Of a stretch of DNA of 64,000 bases, positions 40,301-51,484 are shown one piece after another (the stretch's first letter is position 1; each line of letters begins with the position of its first letter). Below the pieces are notes generated by a model that was not told where the DNA came from, did no database searches, and saw only the letters and a program-made list of their open reading frames with translations. The stretch lies in assembly GCF_902713615.1 (NCBI RefSeq), contig NC_052172.1, positions 6,739,337-6,803,336 on the forward strand. Direction: 5' to 3'. The translations under genes and the position numbers were made by a program. Origin of the DNA: Scyliorhinus canicula. Taxonomy: Eukaryota.

Positions 40301-43260
40301 GTACTGAGGGAATGCTGCACTGTCAGGGGGTCAGTACTGAGTGAGTGCTGCACTGTCAGAGGGTCAGTGCTGAGAGAGTTCTTAACTGTCAGAGGTTCAG
40401 TACTGACGGAGTGCCGCACTGTCAGAGGGGCAGTACTGAGGGAGTGCTGCACTGTCAGAGACTCAGTACTGAGGGAGTGCCGCACTGTCAGAGCGCTTGT
40501 ACTGAGTGAGTGCCGCACTGTCAGAGCATCAGGACTGAGGGTGCATTGCACTGTCAAAGGGTCGGAACTGAGGGAGTGCTGCACTGTCAGAGGGTCAGTA
40601 CTGAGTGAGTGCCGCACTGTCAGAGCATCAGTACTGAGGGTGCATTGCACTGTCAAAGGGTCAGTACTGAGTGAGTGCTGCACTGTCAGAGGGTCAGTAC
40701 TGAGGGATTGCTGCACTGTCAGAGGGTCCGTACCGAGGGAGTGCTGCACTGTTCGAGGGTCAGTATTGAGAGAGTGCTGCACTGTCAAAGGATCAGTACT
40801 GAGTGAGTGCTACACTGTCACAGGGTCAGTATTGATGTTGCACTGTTAGAGGGTCAATACTGAGGGAGTGCTGATCTGTCAGAGGGTCAGTACTGAGGGA
40901 GCGTGGCTCTTCCAGAGGGTCAATACTGACGCAGTGCTTCACGGTCAGGGGATCAGTACTGCGGGACAGCTGCACTGTCAGAGGGTCAATGCTGAGGGAG
41001 CGCTGCACTGTCAGAGAGTCAGTACTGATGTGAGTGTCGCACTGTCAGGGGGCCAGTACTGAGGGAGTTCGACACTGTCAGTGGGTCAGTACCGTGAGAC
41101 TGCTGCACTGTCAATGGGTCAGTATTGAGTGAGTGCTGCACTGTCAGAGGTTCAGTAGTGACGGAGTGCCGCACTATCAGAGGGTCAGTACTGAGGGAGT
41201 GCTGCACTGTCAGAGGGTCAGTACTGAGGGAGTGCTGCACAGTCAGACGGTCAGTACTGAGTGAGTGCCGCACTGTCAGAGCATCAGTACAGAGGGTGTA
41301 TTGCACTGTCAAAGGGTCGGAACTGAGGGTGTGCTGCACTGTCAGATGGTCAGTACTGAGGGTGTGCTGCATTCTCAGAGGGTCAGTAAAGAGGGAGTGC
41401 CGCACTGCCAGATGGTCAGTACTGAGCGAGCGCCATTCCGTCAGAGGGTCAGTACTGAGTGAGTGCTGCACTGTCAGAGGGTCAGTACTGACGAGTGCCG
41501 CACTGTCAGAGGGTCAGTACTGAGGGAGTGCAGCACTGTCAGAGGGTCAGTACTGAGGGAGTGCTGCACTATCAGAGGGTCAGTACTGAGGGAGAGCTGC
41601 ACTGTCAGAGGTTCAGTACTGAGGGAGAGCTGCACTGTCAGAGGTTCGGTACTGAGAGAGTGCCACACTGTCAGATGATCAGTACTGACGGAGCGCTGCA
41701 TTGTCAGAGGGTCAGTACTGAGGGAGTGCGGCACTGCCAGAGGATCAGAACTGGGTTTGTGCCGCACTGTCAGAGGGGCAGTACTGAGGGTGCTGTGCTG
41801 TCAGAGGGCCAGGACTGAGGGAGTGCTGCACTGTAAGAGGGTCTGTACTGAGGGAGTGCTGCACTGTCAGAGAGTCAGTGCTGAGGGAATGCTGCACTCT
41901 CAGAGTGTCAGTACAGAGGGAGTGCTGCACTGTCAGAGGGTCAGTACTGAGGGATTGCTGCACTGTCAGAGGGTCCGTACCGAGGGAGTGCTGCACTGTT
42001 CGAGGGTCAGTATTGGGAGAGTGCTGCACTGTCAAAGGATCAGTACTGAGTGAGTGCTACACTGTCACAGGGTCAGTATTGATGTTGCACTGTTAGAGGG
42101 TCAATACTGAGGGAGTGCTGATCTGTCAGAGGTTCAGTACTGAGGGAGCGTGGCTCTTCCAGAGGGTCAATACTGATGCAGTGCTTCACGGTCAGGCGTT
42201 CAGTACTGCGGGACAGCTGCACTGTCAGAGGGTCAATGCTGAGGGAGCGCTGCACTGTCAGAGAGTCAGTACTGATGTGAGTCTCGCACTGTCAGGGGGC
42301 CAGTACTGAGGGAGTTCGACACTGTCAGTGGGTCAGTACCGTGAGACTGCTGCACTGTCAATGGGTCAGTATTGAGTGAGTGCTGCACTGTCAGAGGTTC
42401 AGTACTGACGGAGTGCCACACTGTCAGAGGGTCAGTACTGAGGGAGTGCTGCACTGTCAGAGGGTCAGTACTGAGGGAGTGCTGCACAGTCAGACGGTCA
42501 GTACTGAGTGAGTGCCGCACTGTCAGAGCATCAGTACTGAGGGTGTATTGCACTGTCAAAGGGTCGGAACTGAGGGCGTGCTGCACTGTCAGAGGGTCAG
42601 TACTGAGTGTGTGCTGCATTCTCAGAGGGTCAGTAAAGAGGGAGTGCCGCACTGCCAGATGGTCAGTACTGAGCGAGCGCCATTCCGTCAGAGGGTCAGT
42701 ACTGACGAGTGCCGCACTGTCAGAGGGTCAGTACTGAGGGAGTGCAGCACTGTTTGAGGGTCAGTACTGAGGGAGTTCTGAACTGTCAGAGGTTTAGTAC
42801 TGAGGGAGTGCCGCACTGTCAGAGGGTCAGTACTGAGGGAGTGCTGCACTGTCAGAGGGTCAGTACTGCGGGAGTGCTGCACTGTCAGAGGGTCAGTACT
42901 GAGGGAGAGCTGCACTGTAAGAGGTTCGGTACTGAGAGAGTGCCACACTGTCAGAGGATCAGTACTGACGGAGCGCTGCATTGTCAGAGGGTCAGTACTG
43001 AGGGAGTGCGGCACTGCCAGAGGATCAGTACTGAGTTTGTGCTGCACTGTCAGAGGGGCAGTACTGAGGGTGCTGTGCTGTCAGAGGGCCAGGACTGAGG
43101 GAGTGCTGCACTGTCAGAGGGTCTGTACTGAGGGAGTGCTGCACTGTCAGAGGGTCTGTACTGAGGGAGTGCTGCACTGTCAGAGAGTCAGTGCTGAGGG
43201 AATGCTGCACTCTCAGAGTGTCAGTACAGAGGGAGTGCTGCACTGTCAGAGGGTCAGTAT
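31303..43260. repeat. 33-bp minisatellite array (cagtactgagggagtgctgcactgtcagagggt) in alternating orientation, split by an L1
   Basis: Forward 31303-32410; reverse 32413-34081 and 37833-39312; forward 39313-43260. Confidence 0.97.
34082..37832 (-). mobile_element. 5'-truncated fish-type L1 LINE (EN C-terminus, RT, Cys-rich C-terminus)
   Basis: ORFs 35999..37744, 35355..35798 and 34433..35683 (KAPGPDG, SLDAEKAFDRV, RGTRQGCPLSPLLF, SLYADD, CERC...HMFWSC); poly(A) tail and AATAAA at the left end; 15-bp TSD gtg(a/g)agcttcaatac at 34067-34081 and 37833-37847. Confidence 0.95.
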
Positions 43261-43289
43261 TCTCACCGCCCTCTGAGTAAAAATTCCTT

Positions 43290-43856
43290 TTCTCAAATGC
43301 CGTCGGAATCTCCAGCCTCTCAACCTGAAACGGTGTCTCCTGTGATTGAGCCCTCAACCAAGTGGAATAGCTGCTTCCTGTTTCCCCTGTCCAATTCCCT
43401 AATAATCTTATACACCTCGATCATATCCCCCCTCGGCCTTTTCTGCTCGAAAGAAAACAGTCTCAGTTGATCCAGTTTCTCCTTATCGCTCAGATGCTCC
43501 ATCCCAGGCGGAATCCTGTTGAATTTCCTCTGCACCCTCTCCAGTGTAACTGCACAGTGGCCGAACCAATGTTCTGTACAACTCCAACATAACCTCCTTG
43601 CTCTTGTAATCTTTGTCACGACTGATAAAGGCAAGTGTCAAATCTGCCTTCTTAACTATCCTATTCATCTGCTCTGCCGCCTTCAGAGATCTGTGAACAA
43701 GTGCCCCAAGATCCATCTGTTCCTCTGAGCTTCCTAGTGTCCTGCCATTCATTACATACTCCCCTATCCTGTTTATTCTTCAAAAGTGCATCACCTCGCA
43801 CTTATCAGGGCTGAATATCATCTGCCACTGCTCTGCCCAGCTGATCAGCCCATCTG
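43290..43856 (-). mobile_element. Degraded CR1 ORF2 C-terminal fragment
   Basis: ORFs 43483..43752 and 43320..43634 (KSKEVMLELYRTLVRP, LERVQRKF, RGDMIEVYKI). Confidence 0.85.
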
Positions 43857-44920
43857 CGAACAATGGGCTGTTTGAACAACTTCAAACAACCGTGCAACCT
43901 CAAACAAACATTGTTTGCAGCAAACTACCCAGCCTTCAGAACAGCGACCTCGACACTACGCAACCCTGCCATGGCAATCTCTGCAAGACATGCCAGATCA
44001 TCGACATGGATACCACCATTACACGTGAGAACACCACCCACCAGGTACGCAGTACATACTCGTCCGACACGGCCAACGTTGTCTACCTCATACGCTGCAG
44101 GAAAGGATGTCCCGAAGCGTGGTACATTGGCGAGACCATGCAGACGCTGCGACAACGAATGAACGGGCATCGCATGTCAATCACCAGGCAGGAATGTTCC
44201 CTTCCAGTTGGGGAACACTTCAGAAACTTGAACCAAACTGTGTTGTGATCGCTATCACTAAAATGCTCCCCCGCTGTCACATTGAACATTCAGCAGTCAA
44301 GGGCATTCAGCCCCAGGTCTCTGGATAAGCGTTCTCCAAGGTGGTTTCTGCTTGAAATGGGGAGAGTACAGGTTCAACATTTTACCAGGAGGTGGAAATG
44401 TAGGAACAATAACTTCAGGGAACCCTGGATGTTGATGACAATCCAGGCAATTCTACATTGTTGCGCAATTCCTCTCGGGTTGCATGTGGACTTGCTAAAA
44501 GCCTTATCGGGCTTTTAGCAAGTCCAACTGCAACCCGAGAGGAATTGCGCGACAATGCAGCATTGCCAAGCAGAAACCTATAGCCAAGTTCCGCACACAT
44601 TAGTGCGGCCTCAACCGTGACCTGGGATTCATGTCGCATTACATTCACCCCTACCATCTGGCCTGGGCTTGCGACATCCTACAAACTGTCCTGGCTTGAG
44701 ACAATTCACACCTCTTTAACCCCTATCTCTGGATCTGTAAAGACTTGATTACCTGCAAATGCTCGCATTCTAAGCATTGTCTGGCATCTTTGAATTTGTG
44801 TATACATATGTTTCTGGAACATACCTCATCATTCACCTGAGGAAGGAGCAGAGCTCCGAAAGCTAGTGTTTAAAACAAACCTATTGGACTTTAACCTGGT
44901 GTTGTAAGACTGTGCTTTGT
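43857..44920 (+). mobile_element. Penelope-like element fragment: GIY-YIG endonuclease and 3' end
   Basis: ORF 43892..44248: CKTCQII...NVVYLIRCRKGCPEAWYIGETMQTLRQRMNGHR...VGEHF, followed by KFRTH..GLNRDLG-like sequence. Confidence 0.88.
44834..44868 (+). ncRNA. Minimal type I hammerhead ribozyme motif, Penelope-associated
   Basis: CAC-CUGAGGA-A-GGAGC(AGA)GCUCC-GAAA-GCUA-GUG: conserved core, 5-bp helix II, palindromic AGCU, CAC/GUG helix I. Confidence 0.6.
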
Positions 44921-44929
44921 ACTCAGATT

Positions 44930-47290
44930 GCCCCCTTGATCTCTAATGGGTCCTAGTTAACCTCGTTTCCATGGTTTACACTTCCCCTTAATGCATTTAT
45001 AGACTATTTTAGAGATCTCCCTAATCTTATTCACAAGTTCTTTCTTGTGCCCCCTTTTTGCTCGTCTAATTGCTTTCTTAAGTTTCCTCGTGCATTTCAC
45101 ATGTTCTTCTCGGGTTGCAGTTGGACTTGCTAAAAGCCTTTCTCATCCTCCTTATCCAGTCCTGGATTGTCCTCAACATCCAGGGTTCCCTGAAGTTATT
45201 GTTCCTACATTTCCACCTCCTGGGAACATGTTGGGCCTGTACTCACCCCATTTCATGTTGGAGTGTCCCCCACTGCTCCGCCGTAGATTTTCCCACAAGA
45301 ACCTGTACCAAGCCAGATTTTGCCAGATTTGGCCTTATTTCAGTCAAATCTACCTTGCACTAACCCAAAACCATTTTGCGCAGGTTATCTTTTTCCTTGT
45401 CCATCACAAACTTGAACCAAACTGTGTTGTGATCGCTATCACTAAAATGCTCCCCCGCTGTCACATTGAACACTTGTCAGCTTCGTTCTGCAGAACCAGA
45501 TCCAGCACTGCTCCATCTCTTGTTGGGCGTTCTACGTCTTGATACAAAAAACCTCCCTGAATATATTTCAAGAAATGCGCCTCTTCTAACCCCTTTACAC
45601 TATGACTATCCAAATTCATGTTGGGGAAGTTCAAATCCCCGAGTCTAATTACTCGATTCTTATTCTTACACACATCAGTGAATTGTCTACAAAGCTTCTC
45701 CCCTATATGCCACTGACTCTTTTAGGGTCTATTATACACTCCCAGCAATATGGCTGCCCCCTTTGTATTCCTAAATTCTACCCATAAAACCTCATTTGAA
45801 AACCTTTCCAAGATATCATCTCTCCTCGTTGCAGTAATTGATTCCTTAATTAATAGTGCAACACCACCTCCCTTTTCAAACCCTCCTCTATCTCACCTAA
45901 AGATCCTCTACCTCATAATGTTAAATTGCCAATCCTGCCCTTCCCTTCACCATGTCTCTGTGATGGGAACAATGTCACAGTTATATGTGTCAATCCACGC
46001 CCTTAACTCATCAGTCTTACCTATTACACTCCCAGCATTAAAGTAAAGACCATCCAGCCTAGTCTTACTCTCTTGACATTCAACATAGCTGAATGCACTC
46101 TGTCTTGCTTCCTTTATTATAGTATGACGTGTCTCTATTTTATTAATGCTCTGTGTTCCCTCCCCCTACCAAACTAATTGAAACACCTCCCAACAGCACT
46201 AGCAAACCTACCTGCAAGGATGTTGGTTCCAATGTGGTTAGGGCACAGACCATACCTCTTGTAGAGGTCCCACCTTTCCCAGAAATGGTCCAAGTGACCC
46301 AAGAATCTAAACCCCTCCCTCCTGCACCAACTCTTGACCCATGCCTTCAAAGAACAAAGAAAACTAGAGCACAGGAACATGCCCTTCGGCCCTCCAAGCC
46401 TGTGCTGATAATCCAACCGTCTAACCTGAAACCTTCTACACCCGGGGTCCATATCCCCCTATTCCCATCTTATTCATGTATTTGTCAAGCCCCCTCTCCA
46501 ATGCCACTATCGTCCCTGAATCCACCACCTCCTCCGGCAGCGGGTTCCAGGCACCCACTGCCCTCTGCGAAAAAAACTTCCCTCGCACATCTCCTCTAAA
46601 CTTTGCCCCTCGCACCTTAAACTTAATTCCCCGGGTTCCCCCTCGACCTCGATCGTTCCAGTGAGAACAAACCGAGTTTTTCCAACCTCTCCTCGTAGTT
46701 AATACCCTCCATACCAGGCAACATCCTGGTATTCACCCATCGTATTTTTATATTTCTACACTCGCTAGCATGTGGCACAGGGAGTAATCCAGAGATTATA
46801 ACCTCAGAGGTCCTGATTTCTAATCTACTGCCTCGTCCCCTGAAATCTTAATGCAAGGCCTCAACCAATATCGTTGGTGCATCATGAACTCTGATCTTTC
46901 ACCCTCAGCCTTTAGGATGCCCTGCATGGGTCACATTAGAGGAGTTACTGACCATCGGACTTGGGAGCTTTTGAAGGAAATATTAAACCGGGGCCTGCCT
47001 GCTCCTCAACCAGACACTAAAGGTCCCTTTCGGTCCTCCAAACTTGTACCGGTCATTATACCACCCTTAATCAAAACCCTCAGCACTTCCTTGTGCCGTA
47101 TCCCTTTATAACCATCCTATCCATATATTTGTCATGATGCCTTTTGAACGCTGTTAATGTATCTGCTTCCACAACTTCCCCTGGCAACACGTTCCAGTCA
47201 CTCACCACTCTCTGCGTAAAAAACCTGCCTCGTATACCTCCTCTAAACTTTGCCCACGGACCTCAAACCTATGAGGTGTGCCAGAATTCC
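44930..47290 (-). mobile_element. Degraded CR1 fragments (ORF1 esterase-like, ORF2 endonuclease, several 3' tails)
   Basis: GDLNFPN...PTRDGAVLDLVL (45461..45673); RREGFRFLGH...HIGTNILAGRF (46174..46452). Confidence 0.85.
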
Positions 47291-47366
47291 AAACCTTTTT
47301 ATCCTTTCAGCCTTAGACTCTCTCCCTCACTTCCCTTCCGTTTCTTTTTCTATCTTTCTCACTCAC

Positions 47367-47371
47367 CACAT
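47367..47371 (-). CDS. C1S: Probable proximal start-codon exon of the C1s-like gene (ATGTG|gtgagt; gives Met-Trp when spliced to 31058)
   Basis: Minus strand reads GTGGAAATGTG|GTGAGT: consensus donor, purine at -3, and the phase-2 junction the next exon needs. A candidate acceptor tctttcag would start the exon at 47569. Confidence 0.65.
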
Positions 47372-47719
47372 TTCCACTGGCTTTTCACAACCCTCAGAAG
47401 AACGGGAGTCTCGGCATGTCGCTTCCTACCAGTCAAACATGAACTGGTTTGATTTCATAGGTTCAACACTCTGACTCTTGGTCCCTGGGATCTAAGGTTG
47501 TTTGGCACCCGCCCCAGAAATACACAAATTGCCAGTCATTGAGCCAAAGCACACTAGTCCAGCCCAACTCTGAAAGACTGTACAGATCCCGTGTATTCTC
47601 ATTGAAACCTTGTCCGTCAGACCAAGTTTGTGGCAGGGGTAATTTAATCACAGCTTTGTACAGGGGTCCCTTATTTCTTGTAAATTAATTCATCATCGGG
47701 CTGCTTTTCGGCAGAAGTG

Positions 47720-47830
47720 CGATTAAAGATTAACCGAGTGATCCACAATCGCTTGAGGACAGTAAATAGAGATTTTTTATTCAGTAAACACTTGTCATTC
47801 CAAACCCTAACCTGATCATTTCCAAGAATA
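47720..47830 (-). promoter_or_regulatory. Candidate liver-type promoter/enhancer motif cluster upstream of the C1s ATG exon
   Basis: HNF1-like GGTTAATCTTTAATC (47721-47735), forkhead TATTTAC (47761-47768) and TGTTTAC (47783-47790), STAT/GAS TTCCAAGAA (47820-47828), all in non-repeat sequence. Short motifs only. Confidence 0.4.
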
Positions 47831-48319
47831 AGGTGTGGCCAAAGGACCAATTGGGACTGGTCACTTGTTTAATAAAAACAAAAACAAAACATGCTGGAGA
47901 GTGCTAGATAGTCTGAGATGGATAGACTGAGAGTGACGAACAGACAGATAGACAGAGAGATATTGATCATACTCGTGCAACAGTCAATCGTGAATAAAGT
48001 TCAACCCCATGACTTCTGGTCTGAAAAAGCTGAATTTTTCATTAATTTTGTGTAATAGGCGATCCTCGTTTCTTGAGGGATCAAAGGCTTTGTAATTATT
48101 AATTACTTGCAGATAATTAGTGCAGTTTATTAATTTGATGTTACACACTGGAACTGTTAGACTTTCCCTCTGAAAATTCGAGCAGCAATTGCAGTTAATC
48201 AGCGAGGCAGCTGGAAACCTCGGAACCTTCAAGGGAGAATAACAATGCACAGCTCAATTTAAATGGAAAGTTGTAGAACTTGCCAAGAAGGCGAATAACT
48301 TGCAGTAGCAAGAGAGTTT

Positions 48320-51100
48320 TAGAACATAAGAACATAAGAGCTAGGAGAAGGACTAGGTCATCTGGCCCCTCGAACCTGCTCCGCCATTCAATGAGAGCAT
48401 GGCTGTTATTTTGTGGACTCAGCTCTACTTTCCGTCCCAAACACCATAACCCTTAATACCTTTATTCTTCAACAAAATTATCTATTTTTATCTTTAAAAC
48501 ATTTAATTAAGGAGCCTCAACTTCTTCACTGGGCAAGGAATTCCATAGATTCACAACCCTTTGGGTGAAGACGTTCCTCCTAAACTCAGTCCTAAATCTA
48601 GTTCCCCTTATTTTGAGGCTATGCCCCGTAGTTCAGATTTCACCCGCCAGTGGAAACAACCTGCCCGCATCTATCCTATCTATTCCCTTCATAATTTTAT
48701 ATGTTTCGATAAGATTCCCCCCTCATCCTTCTAAATTCCAACGAGTACAGTCCCAGTCTACTCAACCCCTCCTCGTAATCCAACACCGTCAACTCTGGGA
48801 TTAACCTAGTTAATCTCCTCTGCACACCCTCCAGTGCCAGTACATCCTTTCTCAGGTAGGTAGACCAAAGCTGAACACAATACTCCAGGTGTGGCCTCAC
48901 TAACACCTTATACAATTGCAGCATAGCCTCCCTAGTCTCAAACTCCATCTCTCTAGCAATGATGGACAAAATTCCATTTGCCTTCTTAATCACCTGTTGC
49001 ACCTGTCAACCAAGTTTTTGCGCCTCATGCACTCGCACACCCAGGTCTCTGTGCACAGCAGCATCTTTTAATATTTTATCATTTAAATAGTTATCCCTTT
49101 TGCTGTTATTCCTACCAAAATGGATCACCTAACATTTGTCTTAGGGGCTGGTTTAGCACAATGGGCTAAATAGATGGCTTGCAAGTCAGAACAATGCCAG
49201 CAGCACAGGTTCAATTCCCATACCGGCCTCCCTGAACAGGCGCCGGAATGTGGCGACGAGGGGCTTTTCACAGTAACTTCATTGAAGCCTACTTGTGACA
49301 ATAAGCGACAGTCAATTTTGGACGGACAGAGGCTTTTCCCCAGGGTAGAAGGGTCAATTACTAGGGAGCGTAGGTTTAAAGTGCGAGGGTCAAGGTTTAA
49401 AGTAGATGTACGAAGCACGTTTTTTACACGGAGGGTAGTGGGTGCCTGGAACTCGCTGCCGGAGGAGGTGGTGGAAGCAGGGACGATAGTGACATTTAAG
49501 GGGCATTTGACAAATACATGAATATGATGGGAATAGAGGGATACAGACCCAGGAAATGTAGAAGATTGTAGTTTAGTCGGGCAGCATGGTCAGCACGGGC
49601 TTGGAGGGGAGAAGGGCCTGTTCCTGTGCTGTACTTTTCTTTGTTCTTTGTTTGTCAACATTGTATTCCATCTGCCAGACCCTAGCCCATTCACTTAACC
49701 TATCCAAATCCCTCTGCAGACTTCCAGTATTCTCTGCATTTTTTGCTTTACCACTCATTTTAGTGTCATCTGCAAACTTGGACACATTGCCCTTGATCCC
49801 CAACTCCAAATCATCTCTGTAAATTGTGAACAATTGTGGGCCCAACACTGATCCCTGAGGGACACCACTAGCTACTGATTGCCAACCAGAGAAACACTCA
49901 TTGCTTTCTATTAATTAACCAATCCTCTATCCATGCTGCTACTTTACCCTTAATGCCATGCATCTTAATCTTATGCAGCAATCTTTTGTGTGGCACCTTG
50001 TCAAAGGCTTTCTCGAAATCCAGATGTACAACATCCATTGGCTCCCTGCTATCTACCGCACTGGTAATGTCCTCAGAAAATTCCACTAAATTAGTTAGGC
50101 ACGACCTGCCCTTTATGAACCCATGCTGCGTCTGCCCAATAGGATAGTTTCTATCCAGATGCCTCGCTATTTCTTCCTTGATGACAGATTCCAGCATCAT
50201 CCCGACTACCGAAGTTAAGCTAACTGGCCTATAATTACCCGCTTTCTGCTGACCTCCTTTTTTAAACAGTGGTGTCACGTTTGCTAATTTCCAATCCGCC
50301 GGGACCACCCTAGAGTCCAGTGATTTTTGGTAAATTATCACTAGTGCATTTGCAATTTCCCTATCCATCTCTTTTAGCACTCTGGGGTGCATTCCATCAG
50401 AGCCAGGAGTCTTGTCGACCTTTAGCCCCATTAGCTTACCCATCACTACCTCCTTTGTGATAACAATCATCTCAAGGTCCTCACCTGTCATAGCCTCATT
50501 TCTATCAGTCACTGGCATGTTATTTGTGTCTTCCACTGTGAAGACCGACCCAAAAAACCTGTTCAGTTCCTCAGCCATTTCCTCATCTCCCATTATTAAA
50601 TCTCCCTTCTCATCCTCTAAAGGACCAACATTTACCTTAGCCACTCTTTTTTGTTTTATATATTTGTAGAAACTTTTACTGTCTGTTAATATGTTCTGAG
50701 CAAGTTTACTCTCATATTCTATCTTACTCTACTTTATCGCCTTTTTAGTAGCTTTCTGTTGTCCCCTAAAGATTTCCCAGTCTTCTCGTCTCCCACTAAT
50801 CTTTGCCACTTTGTCTGCTATTTCCTTTAATTTGATACTCTCCCTTATTTCCTTAGATATCCACGGCCGATTTTCCCTCTTTCTACCGTCCTTCCTTTTT
50901 GTTGGTATAAACATTTGCTGAGCACTGTGAAAAACCGCTTGGAAGGTTCTCCACTGTTCCTCAACTGTTTCACCATAAGGTCTTTGCTCCCAGTCTACCT
51001 TAGCTAGTTCTTCCCTCATCCCATTGTAATCTCCATTGTTTAAGCACAAAACACTAGTGTTTGATTTTACTTTCTCAACCTCCATCTGTATTTTAAGTTC
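48320..51100 (-). mobile_element. CR1 LINE ORF2 pseudogene with a nested insertion at 49141-49650
   Basis: ORFs 49898..50644, 49573..49848 and 48697..49002; agaacataagaacataag tail. Confidence 0.93.
49141..49650 (+). mobile_element. Composite insertion: short tRNA-SINE plus CR1 3' end, single TSD tttgtc
   Basis: tttgtc at 49135-49140 and 49651-49656. Confidence 0.7.
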
Positions 51101-51175
51101 CATAATTTAAAACTTCTGAAAAAAATAACGAGAGACTGGAGAAAGATATTCAATAAAATATTTGATAAATACCGT

Positions 51176-51466
51176 GGGCGCACGGTGGCACAGTAGTAGC
51201 ACTGCTGCCTCACATCGCCAGGGACTTGGGTGATTGTGTGTGCGGAGTTTGCAGTTCTCCCCGTGTCTGCATGTGTTCCACCGGGTGCTCCAGTTTCCTG
51301 CCACTGGAGCACCCTGTATGCAGGTTAGGTGGATTGGGCATGATAAATTGACCCTTAGTGTCCTAAGGCTAAGTGTGATCATGGGGATTAGACAGCGTTG
51401 TGGTCCTAGGTAGTGCATCGGTGCAGACCTGGTGGGCTGAATGGTCTTCTGCACTGGATTCTATGA
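51176..51466 (+). mobile_element. HE1 SINE
   Basis: gggcgcacggtggcacagt head; gggctgaatggtcttctgcactggattctatg tail. Confidence 0.85.
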
Positions 51467-51484
51467 ACTAGAAAAGATAACAAG

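Noticed and set aside
31303-43260. CRISPR-like appearance of the regular 33-bp repeats
   Set aside because: Head-to-tail tandem units with no unique spacers, no cas genes and a vertebrate context.
31255-43357. Long ORFs such as TVQHSLSTDPL, CTVRGSVLREC and HCQRVSTEGVL repeats (up to 415 aa)
   Set aside because: A 33-bp unit equals 11 codons and lacks stops in several frames. The ORFs occur on both strands and have no splice or domain support.
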